NCBI GenBank assembly: GCA_019058295.1
Contig: JAHPZI010000022.1
Location: 92,316-156,315 of the forward strand
Length of the DNA stretch: 64,000 nt
DNA from: Promethearchaeota archaeon
Lineage (GTDB): Archaea > Asgardarchaeota > Lokiarchaeia > Sigyniarchaeales > SOKP01
Direction: 5' to 3'
Under the pieces are notes generated by a model, which did not search any database, was not told the DNA's origin, and saw only the letters and a list, made by a program, of their open reading frames with translations. A program made the position numbers and the translations under genes. The stretch's first letter is position 1. Each line of letters begins with the position of its first letter. Positions 49,956 through 58,013 of the stretch are shown here, in pieces.

Positions 49956-50231
49956 ATGGCTGAAATAGATCCTGAATCTGGATTGAAATTAAGGAAATTG
50001 ACTGAATTAAAACCTACAGCTGCTGAAGAATATCAAGAAGCGATGTTGAATAGAGTGGACTATTTTTCAAAAAAAAGGGATTCCACATTTAATAGTTTCG
50101 TTGAAAATACTATAGTAGGCAGTCTTAAGATTTTGTTAGATTTAAAAGTGAAAGTTGAGGAAATGCTTGGCGACGACAATAAGGAAAAGGTCCATGAGAT
50201 GATTGATAAATTACTTTTATTTGGTCTTTAA
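49956..50231 (+). CDS. Hypothetical protein
   Basis: 91 aa, GAGGTG SD, 14 nt after tes. Confidence 0.7.
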   Translation: MAEIDPESGLKLRKLTELKPTAAEEYQEAMLNRVDYFSKKRDSTFNSFVENTIVGSLKILLDLKVKVEEMLGDDNKEKVHEMIDKLLLFGL

Positions 50232-50276
50232 TTTATTTTTCACAATATTTTTTTAAATTACATTTTTTTAATTATA

Positions 50277-51356
50277 ATGGCTTTTAATGTAATTACACTT
50301 CCAGTTATAGTGCTATTTATTTTAAATGGATTTTGTCAATTATATTACGCGATTAAACTAAAAAGAAAGTACCCAGAGGAACATAATATCATAAATAGTT
50401 ATGTTTCTTTTGTTTTATGGATTATTGCTGGATTGTTATATCCATTCATTTATTTAACGGACAATTCACGTATTAGATGGTTTCAAGCATTATCAACATT
50501 TTTTATCTGTATTTTTACGCCCGGAATTCTTTTTCTAATACTATATTATCAATATAGAGTTGTTAAAAAGAATCCTGAATTGAAAAAAAGAAGGTGTTTC
50601 TCTTTTTTTATAAAAGAATTTAACCAAAAAAGAAATGAAACCCAGAACATGAAAATTAGTAAATTTAGAAAAGACATAAATAGAAAAGCTTTACATTTAT
50701 TTCCGGCAAGTGTAATAATTATATTATGGATATTTGCCGTTTATATATGGGACGGGATGTGGAAGGCCGACCAAATTTGGGGAATAAGTGGTGTGAATTT
50801 TGGAAAGTTTTTAATTATCACTGCGGGATATTCTGGAATTCTAGTTTTTTCTGCATTAGATTACGTGAGATTGTCGTATATTTTTGAAAATCGTAATATT
50901 TTTCATTTATTACCTGATAATGTCTCAAATATATTAAAAAAGGCTTTAAATAGAAATGAGTTGTATGAATTTACGAGACCTGCTGTTTTTGTTTTAGCAC
51001 TCGTGCCTATCTTTTTTTTTCCCTTTGGAATCTTTGCTGCCGCAGCATTAATAGGAACAATTGGCGACGGTGCCGCCTCCGTTTTCGGTATAAAGTTTGG
51101 AAAGCGCAATTTTCCCAAAAACAGTGATAAGACTGTTGTTGGGTACATAGCCGGATTTTTAGCTTCATTCGGAATAGTTATTTTTTCTCTATGGATATTT
51201 GAAAGTGATTTGGTTCTTGAAAAAATATTAATAATAGCTTTAGGAGGAGCTGTTATATTCTTTATAATTGACTTTTTAAACCTTAGAATTGACGATGATA
51301 TCCTAAATCCATTATGTTGCGCAATAGTTATGATTTTATTGTATTATTTCATTTAA
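50277..51356 (+). CDS. Dolichol/phytol kinase-like CTP-dependent lipid kinase
   Basis: RKALHL, GDGAASVFGIKFGK, KTVVG and DDDI motifs; polytopic membrane protein. Confidence 0.75.
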   Translation: MAFNVITLPVIVLFILNGFCQLYYAIKLKRKYPEEHNIINSYVSFVLWIIAGLLYPFIYLTDNSRIRWFQALSTFFICIFTPGILFLILYYQYRVVKKNPELKKRRCFSFFIKEFNQKRNETQNMKISKFRKDINRKALHLFPASVIIILWIFAVYIWDGMWKADQIWGISGVNFGKFLIITAGYSGILVFSALDYVRLSYIFENRNIFHLLPDNVSNILKKALNRNELYEFTRPAVFVLALVPIFFFPFGIFAAAALIGTIGDGAASVFGIKFGKRNFPKNSDKTVVGYIAGFLASFGIVIFSLWIFESDLVLEKILIIALGGAVIFFIIDFLNLRIDDDILNPLCCAIVMILLYYFI

Positions 51357-51414
51357 AATTTTATTAAGTTATATTAGATTCTTTTCAGCACAAAAACCAC
51401 ACCCTCATACATTT

Positions 51415-51436
51415 ATCAATATTAATTAATATTGAT
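51415..51436. promoter_or_regulatory. Perfect 22-bp palindrome upstream of the Fe-S gene
   Basis: ATCAATATTAATTAATATTGAT equals its own reverse complement. Confidence 0.4.
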
Positions 51437-51504
51437 TAATTACTATTTTAAAATCAAGAGGAATTCTTTAACGACAATAATGACTATTTGTGAAAAAATA
51501 AATT

Positions 51505-52593
51505 ATGATTGAATCAGAAGATCATAAAGAGAATTTGATAAAATTTACCGAAAAATATCGCAACATCCCGCAATCGTTCCCCCAAGACAAGAACGGAAAA
51601 CCAACTGAGAAATATCTGGAGTATCTCAGCTTGATTTACGATGCCGAAGCAATAAAAATTGTCCTTGAACTGGATGTTCTTCCTGAAATGATCTCTATTT
51701 CAAAGCTTTCTAGAAAATTAGGGATAGAAAAAGAAGAACTTTTAAATAAATTGGAACCCCTTATTAAAAGGGGTTTTGTTTTTAAACTAGGACCTAGACT
51801 TGCACGCCCAACGCCATTATACTTATATGATTTGCCATTTGCCTTAGAATCAAATTATTTAAGAGAAGATGTTAAGGAATTTGCCAGATTAAGCCGTGAG
51901 TTCTTCGAAGAAGGATATTATAAAACGTGGGAAAACACTAAAGAAGGAATACCTTTAACGAGAGTTTTAACCGTAAGCGAAGAGGTTGAAGATCCTAGAG
52001 AAATCGTACCCTATGAAGAAGTGTATAAAATTATCGACCAACATTCTGTTTTCGCGGTGGTTGGATGTCCGTGTCGAAGGAGAAAAGAAATAGAAGGTAT
52101 TAGAAAGTGTAAAGATAAATATCCTATCCATAACTGCCTACAAATGGGGATTCACGCAGAGTATTTATTAAATGAAATAGGGGATCCGGACATTAAACGC
52201 ATCTCTAAAGAAGAAGCAAAGAAAATTACAAAAGAAGCTGCTGAAATAGGTCTCGTGCATACGACAGATAATCGTGTAGGAAACTTTAATATCATCTGCG
52301 CGTGCTGCGAATGCTGCTGTGGATTTTTATCAGGTTTGACAAGGTTTGACAATCCAAGAGCCATAGCGAAAGCCAATTATATATCTCACGTCGATAGCGA
52401 GAAGTGCGTGGGGTGTGAGACGTGCTTAACCCGATGTAAATTTGACGCAATTACAGTTGATGATGTTTCGCATATCAACATTGATAAATGCATGGGCTGT
52501 GGACTCTGTGCCGTGACGTGTCCTCAAGAAGCAATCACCATGAAAAGAATGGAACGAGAAACAATACAAGAGAAAGAATTTGGATTGCTTTAG
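51505..52593 (+). CDS. wHTH + Cys-rich + 2x[4Fe-4S] protein (distant paralog 3)
   Basis: GCPCR, GLVH, ICACCECCC, two ferredoxin motifs. Confidence 0.85.
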   Translation: MIESEDHKENLIKFTEKYRNIPQSFPQDKNGKPTEKYLEYLSLIYDAEAIKIVLELDVLPEMISISKLSRKLGIEKEELLNKLEPLIKRGFVFKLGPRLARPTPLYLYDLPFALESNYLREDVKEFARLSREFFEEGYYKTWENTKEGIPLTRVLTVSEEVEDPREIVPYEEVYKIIDQHSVFAVVGCPCRRRKEIEGIRKCKDKYPIHNCLQMGIHAEYLLNEIGDPDIKRISKEEAKKITKEAAEIGLVHTTDNRVGNFNIICACCECCCGFLSGLTRFDNPRAIAKANYISHVDSEKCVGCETCLTRCKFDAITVDDVSHINIDKCMGCGLCAVTCPQEAITMKRMERETIQEKEFGLL

Positions 52594-52779
52594 CAAAATT
52601 GAAAGAAATAATGAATTTATAACAATAATAATTAATGTTCGTCCAAGTCCAAGTTCGAAATTTTTTTCAATTATTTATAATATATGATTTTATGCCTTAT
52701 ATAAAAGATCCTAGAATAAAGCATTAAACCATGAGAAAGGGAATAATCAAATTTAATTTTATTGTTTCTATGAAATAAA

Positions 52780-53592
52780 TTAAACGTTAGTAATGTTTTT
52801 TGGAAGCGGGAAAGCTTTTTTCCAATAATAGTTAAATACATCTGCGATCCATTTCGTCCCTTGTTCATGTTTAATTTTCCAGCCCTGCCTAAAGTCTGCT
52901 TTTCCTGATTTATTAAAAAAGACACATCCTAAATTAGTTAGCGGAAATAAAGCTATATTAACGGGAAAGGTTGGTAAATAGCGGAAATCATTTAATGAAA
53001 TAATATTATCATATTTGCTTATAAACTGCCATGGAGGAATTTTAACAGTTTCCAATCTCTTCAATGAAATTATAAATTTATAATCAAATTCATATTCCGA
53101 TGTTTTTACAGTAGAAGCAATTAAAGTCCCAATACTTGCATCAAAGTTTAAGTCGAATGATCCCATTAACTTTGCGTTGAACATAAGCTCTCTTTGCTGT
53201 TCGTCTTGAAAATTTTTAATAATTTCACCTAAAAATGAGGGTACTTCGATAACCTGAGTAGGTTCTAATTCTGGTATTCTAAAAATAAATTGAAACGGTA
53301 GATCGTGAAGCTCATAATTAGAAATAAAATCAAAAGAATAAGTAATTGCTTTAAGCGGTTCAAGGAGTTTTTTAATCGTTTTCCAAATAGGTTTAATAGA
53401 ATAAAATTTTTCTCCCTGGATAAGCTGAGTTTTTAATAACTTATCAAGATGATCTTTAATTGTAGGTGGTGGAGTATTCAATCTAGAAGCGATAGTTGAT
53501 AAACGCAATTCTTCTTCATGTTCATCAAGTAATTTAAGGATTTCCTGCCGCCTCTGAGAAGATAGCACCTTTAAAAATTCATAAAACTCCAT
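52780..53592 (-). CDS. ArsR-family winged-helix regulator with C-terminal sensor domain
   Basis: LKVLSSQRRQEILKLL..IASRL..PTIKDHLDKL; W...VFNYYW C-terminus. Confidence 0.8.
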   Translation of the reverse strand: MEFYEFLKVLSSQRRQEILKLLDEHEEELRLSTIASRLNTPPPTIKDHLDKLLKTQLIQGEKFYSIKPIWKTIKKLLEPLKAITYSFDFISNYELHDLPFQFIFRIPELEPTQVIEVPSFLGEIIKNFQDEQQRELMFNAKLMGSFDLNFDASIGTLIASTVKTSEYEFDYKFIISLKRLETVKIPPWQFISKYDNIISLNDFRYLPTFPVNIALFPLTNLGCVFFNKSGKADFRQGWKIKHEQGTKWIADVFNYYWKKAFPLPKNITNV

Positions 53593-53621
53593 ATAGTTAA
53601 TGTATTTGTATATGTTTATTT

Positions 53622-53645
53622 ATTTTTCGGAAAAACCCGAAAAAT
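53622..53645. promoter_or_regulatory. Candidate operator (9-6-9 inverted repeat)
   Basis: ATTTTTCGG-AAAAAC-CCGAAAAAT in the divergent intergenic region between the ArsR gene and the oxidoreductase operon. Confidence 0.5.
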
Positions 53646-53692
53646 TACGTAAAGCATTATTTTGTGCTAAAAGTCGAGATTTATAATGGATT

Positions 53693-53715
53693 ATAAGAAA
53701 TAATGAATTTCTTAT
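53693..53715. promoter_or_regulatory. Second candidate operator (9-5-9 inverted repeat)
   Basis: ATAAGAAAT-AATGA-ATTTCTTAT. Confidence 0.35.
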
Positions 53716-53827
53716 GATTTTTTAAGTAAAGCTTAAATATTAGATGTGATAATGTAAAAATAGCTAAAAAGTTTATGATAAAATCAAACTTAAAAAAATA
53801 ATTAATTAATAATAAAAATCCCTATTA

Positions 53828-55249
53828 GTGAATATAATGAATATAAAAGAATTCAAAGTTGAAATGGAAAAGATTGTAGGTAAAAACAATGTTATCGAAG
53901 ATCAAGATCGGACTAAAGATTACTCACAAGACTCTCATTACCCTTTAGTAGAGGGAAGTATATCCCAAATTGTAATAATTCCTAATAACTTTGAGGAAGT
54001 TCAGCAAATAGTTAAAGTCAGTAATGAATATAAAATCCCACTTATTCCTAAAAGCTCTGAAGTAAGTCTTTATGGTGGAACTATAGCAAATAATGGTGGT
54101 GTAATACTTGACTTACGAAAATTAAATCAGATAAGAACCATTAATGAGACAAGTATGTATGCTGTTATTGAACCTGGAGTTACATTTAAACAGCTGCAGA
54201 AAGAGTTAGATAATTATAAGCTTAGAATCCTCCCTACGATTTTTTCTAGTTCCGACTCTATTATTTCTTCTTATTTAGCCCGTTATCCAACATATTCCAT
54301 GGCTAAATTTGAATATACAGAACTAGTTGCAAATCTTGAGATTGTCTTAGGGAATGGAGATCTCTTCAGAACTGGATCATGGGCTTCAGTCAAAAGTCCA
54401 CCTGTTTATCCATATGGATCTTCTTTAGATTGGTTTAGAATTTTTCATGGAGCGAGAGGTGGATTGGGAGTTATTACTAAAGCTTCAATAAGGATTAAAC
54501 CTAAACCTCTAATTCAAGAGATAGTATCAGTTCCGTTTTCTAATCATAAAGATTTTATTAATTTCGTGTATAAGGTTGAAAGAAAAGAAATTGGAACTGA
54601 ATGTATTCTATTAAACAAGGTAAATGCTTTAAATTATCTAGAGATTGAAGATAAAACTAAAGGATTCCCAAACTGGATATTTCTAATCTGTCTGGAAGGT
54701 CTTCAAAGGCTTCCTGAAGAGAAAATTGCTTATGAAAAAGAAGCTTTAAGTCAGTTAATTGTAGAACACAAAATAAAGGTAAAAATGGACGACTTAATTT
54801 ATAAATTGGAACAAACTATATTAAAAGAATTTAATGAGCCTCGAGTTATAAAGAAAAAAGCTTATGATCTACCTGTATATCTAACTTTAAATAAATTTCC
54901 AGATGTTTATTCAATAATTCAGAACGAATTAAGTCGATTTAACGGTAATAAAATCGAATTGGGAGTCTCTATTATCCCAGTTGAGCGAAATAGAACGGCT
55001 TATGTCGAATTTGATCTTTATACCGGACTTAACACTGAACAAGAAATAACTGAATTTAAAAAATTATTTAGTAATTTAGGGGAATTAGCTGTAAAAGCTG
55101 GAGCGATCATTGATATTCCTTATGGTCCTTTAAAGCAAGTAATTTATTCTAAACTTGGGAATTATTTAGCTTTAATTAATGAGGTCAAGGATATTTTTGA
55201 TCCAAATAATATAATGAATCCAGGAAAAATAGAAAAGGAGGTAATCTAA
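53828..55249 (+). CDS. FAD-linked oxidoreductase (GlcD/VAO-PCMH superfamily)
   Basis: VIEPGVTF, LEIVLGNG..RTG, GARGGLGVIT, FDPNNIMNPGK. Confidence 0.85.
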   Translation: MNIMNIKEFKVEMEKIVGKNNVIEDQDRTKDYSQDSHYPLVEGSISQIVIIPNNFEEVQQIVKVSNEYKIPLIPKSSEVSLYGGTIANNGGVILDLRKLNQIRTINETSMYAVIEPGVTFKQLQKELDNYKLRILPTIFSSSDSIISSYLARYPTYSMAKFEYTELVANLEIVLGNGDLFRTGSWASVKSPPVYPYGSSLDWFRIFHGARGGLGVITKASIRIKPKPLIQEIVSVPFSNHKDFINFVYKVERKEIGTECILLNKVNALNYLEIEDKTKGFPNWIFLICLEGLQRLPEEKIAYEKEALSQLIVEHKIKVKMDDLIYKLEQTILKEFNEPRVIKKKAYDLPVYLTLNKFPDVYSIIQNELSRFNGNKIELGVSIIPVERNRTAYVEFDLYTGLNTEQEITEFKKLFSNLGELAVKAGAIIDIPYGPLKQVIYSKLGNYLALINEVKDIFDPNNIMNPGKIEKEVI

Positions 55250-55250
55250 A

Positions 55251-56423
55251 ATGACTATTGACTTAGACGAGTATTATAAAATCATTCGTAACTGCAGTAA
55301 ATGTGCGATGTGTCGAAATATGTCGCCGTGGGATATGGGGAGCTTGGAATTTAAAGATATATGTCCAAGCGGGACAAGATTTCTCTTTGAAGCATACTTT
55401 GCTCCCGGAAAAATGGAAATAACCCGAGCATTATTAGACAATGATATTCAGTATTCGGAACGTTTAGAACATATAATTTTTGCGTGTCCCTTATGTGGAG
55501 GCTGTCAAGCACAATGCGATGAGGTAAATATAATTAAGCCCCTTGATGTATTACAAGAGTTAAGAATAAAATATGTTAAAGCAAAGGGTCCTTTAGAGGC
55601 TCATGCTAAATTCGCTGAAAGTTTAAAAGAGTTGCATAATCCTTATAATGAACCTCATGAAAATCGATTAAATTGGCTTCCTAAGAATATAACCTTCAAT
55701 GAAGATGCTAAAATTGCTTATTTTGTTGGATGTACCTCATCCTATAGAAGGGAAGAAATCGCAAAAGCTATGGTAAATGTTTTAGACTCATTAAAGGTTG
55801 AGTTCAATATCCTTCATCCTAGTGAGTGGTGTTGCGGAAGTCCATTATTTATGACAGGTCAAATTGATGCCGGAATTGAATTGATGAAACATAATTTAGA
55901 AGCGATAAAAGAAAAGGGGATTGAAACGCTAGTGTTTTCTTGTGCTGGATGTTATAAAACTTTTAAAGAGACGTATCCAAAGTATGTTGGAGATTTAAAA
56001 TTTAATGTCTATCATTTTACTGAGTTTATAGCAGATTATTTCAAAAAAAATGATATAAAACTTAAATCTTTCCCTAAAAGCATTACCTATCATGATCCTT
56101 GTCATTTAGGACGGCATTCTAAAGTTTATGAAGCACCTCGAGAAGTTTTAAAACAAATACCGGGAATAAAATTTATCGAAATGGAAAGAATTAAGGAAAA
56201 TGCGTGGTGCTGCGGGGCAGGAGCCGGAGTTTCATCGGCATATAAAGATTTTGCGTATTGGACCGCTACACAGAGACTAAAAGAAGCAGAATCTACTGGA
56301 GCAGATATTTTAACGACATCATGTCCTTTTTGTATTACAAATTTTCTTGAAACTTCTAAAATAAGTAAGAGTTCATTAGAGATTATTCCCCTAATTAAAA
56401 TCTTAGAGGAGGTAATTAAATAA
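55251..56423 (+). CDS. Fe-S oxidoreductase with two CCG domains (GlcF/HdrD-like)
   Basis: CSKCAMC, CPLCGGC, FVGC, WCCG, YHDPCHLGR, WCCGAG, SCPFC. Confidence 0.9.
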   Translation: MTIDLDEYYKIIRNCSKCAMCRNMSPWDMGSLEFKDICPSGTRFLFEAYFAPGKMEITRALLDNDIQYSERLEHIIFACPLCGGCQAQCDEVNIIKPLDVLQELRIKYVKAKGPLEAHAKFAESLKELHNPYNEPHENRLNWLPKNITFNEDAKIAYFVGCTSSYRREEIAKAMVNVLDSLKVEFNILHPSEWCCGSPLFMTGQIDAGIELMKHNLEAIKEKGIETLVFSCAGCYKTFKETYPKYVGDLKFNVYHFTEFIADYFKKNDIKLKSFPKSITYHDPCHLGRHSKVYEAPREVLKQIPGIKFIEMERIKENAWCCGAGAGVSSAYKDFAYWTATQRLKEAESTGADILTTSCPFCITNFLETSKISKSSLEIIPLIKILEEVIK

Positions 56424-57982
56424 TGATTGACTTGAGTTTATCTGATAAACATCTAGAAGTGTATTCTAAATTGGAACAAATCGTTGGAAAAGAATACATC
56501 TCTGACGATCCATCAATTCGTATAGTTCATTCACGTGATCAATCTCCTTTTGCTAATCTAAAACCTATACCTCCTGAATACGTAGTATTGCCTGAAAACA
56601 CAGAACAAATTCAAGAAATTATGAAGATCTCAAATGAATATAAAATTCCGGTGGTAATTCAAAATACAGGAGTGAATGCTAGTGGGGCTTGCGTCCCTGA
56701 AGAAACTGGATCAATCTTAATGCATCTCCGTCGCTTAAACCAAATTATTGAAATTGATGATCTTAATATGTCGGCAACAATTCAACCCTATGTTAGCTAC
56801 GCTGATTTGCAAGTAGAAACCATGAAAAAAGGACTTTGGCTCCCATCTCCAGCGGCCCCATCCACTGTTGGAGTAATTTCAAATATGCTCTTTTGTGGAA
56901 TGACATGGTGTATGGTTAAATACGGATATGAAAGGAGATCCATTATTTGCATGACATGGGTAACTCCTAAAGGTGAAATTATAAAAACTGGTTCATCTGC
57001 AGTAGGAAATGTCGGTAAATTCTGGTGGAATGGTCCAGGACCAGATCTTAAAGGAATTTTAACAGGAGCAATTGGTGAATTAGGGATTTGCACTGAAATG
57101 ACGGTTAAACTGTATCCATGGGTTGGAGGTTCGCAATTAAAACCAGGGGAATTGGCAGAGAATACAAAAATCCTAACAATTTCATTTAGGAAAGGAGAAA
57201 GAATGATAAAGGCGCTACAGGAATTAAGCCGAGCAAACATTGCAGTTGCTTTAACAAAAATGCCCTTAGTTTGGTCAATTATGGGCATTCCTAAATATCT
57301 TGAAACATCAAAAAAAATGTGGGAAAAAAAGGAGCAAATTGAACCTATTATGAACTATTTTGTCTTTGTTTGCATTCAAGGAATAACTTCTGAAAAACAA
57401 ATTGAATATTGTGAAAAAATAGTTAGACAAATTGCCAAAGAAACTAGAGGGATGGTTATTGATCCTGAAACTATGTCTCTACCTCTTGATCAATTTGATC
57501 CTGATTTTAAACCTGAGGAAAACCTATCAGAGTTTTTTAGAGCCAAGATTTCTCCCAGAATAATGAGATTTAAAGGAGGATTCATGCCCGCTTTCTTTCC
57601 TCAAGAACCTATCGAGAACGCACTTAAGAGTGCTGAATTAATGGAGAACACTTTAAAAGATTCTCCAATCTACCCCCAAGATCTTTTTAGTAGCTGTGTT
57701 GTACCGGTGGATATGGGACATTTTGGTTTGCATGAATTAGATATTTTTTATGATCAAAATTCCCCGGAAGAATTAAAGGCATGCCTTGATTTTGCTGTTA
57801 AAGTACAACGCCTTTCTCAATCAGAACAAGATACGTGGCCACCTCATAGCGAATGGAGATCGTACCATTGGGATGTTGTTAAGGATATTCCTGAATTTGC
57901 TATTCTAAAGTCAAAATCAGAAAAGATTAAAAATCTATTTGATCCCAATCGTATAATGAATCCGGGAAAATGGTTAAAGTAA
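56423..57982 (+). CDS. FAD-linked oxidoreductase (GlcD/VAO-PCMH superfamily)
   Basis: VVLPE.TEQIQ, IQPYVS, GPGPDL.G..GA.GELGICT, FDPNRIMNPGK. Confidence 0.85.
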   Translation: MIDLSLSDKHLEVYSKLEQIVGKEYISDDPSIRIVHSRDQSPFANLKPIPPEYVVLPENTEQIQEIMKISNEYKIPVVIQNTGVNASGACVPEETGSILMHLRRLNQIIEIDDLNMSATIQPYVSYADLQVETMKKGLWLPSPAAPSTVGVISNMLFCGMTWCMVKYGYERRSIICMTWVTPKGEIIKTGSSAVGNVGKFWWNGPGPDLKGILTGAIGELGICTEMTVKLYPWVGGSQLKPGELAENTKILTISFRKGERMIKALQELSRANIAVALTKMPLVWSIMGIPKYLETSKKMWEKKEQIEPIMNYFVFVCIQGITSEKQIEYCEKIVRQIAKETRGMVIDPETMSLPLDQFDPDFKPEENLSEFFRAKISPRIMRFKGGFMPAFFPQEPIENALKSAELMENTLKDSPIYPQDLFSSCVVPVDMGHFGLHELDIFYDQNSPEELKACLDFAVKVQRLSQSEQDTWPPHSEWRSYHWDVVKDIPEFAILKSKSEKIKNLFDPNRIMNPGKWLK

Positions 57983-58013
57983 ATCCATTATATTGCGCAA
58001 TAAAAACTAATTA

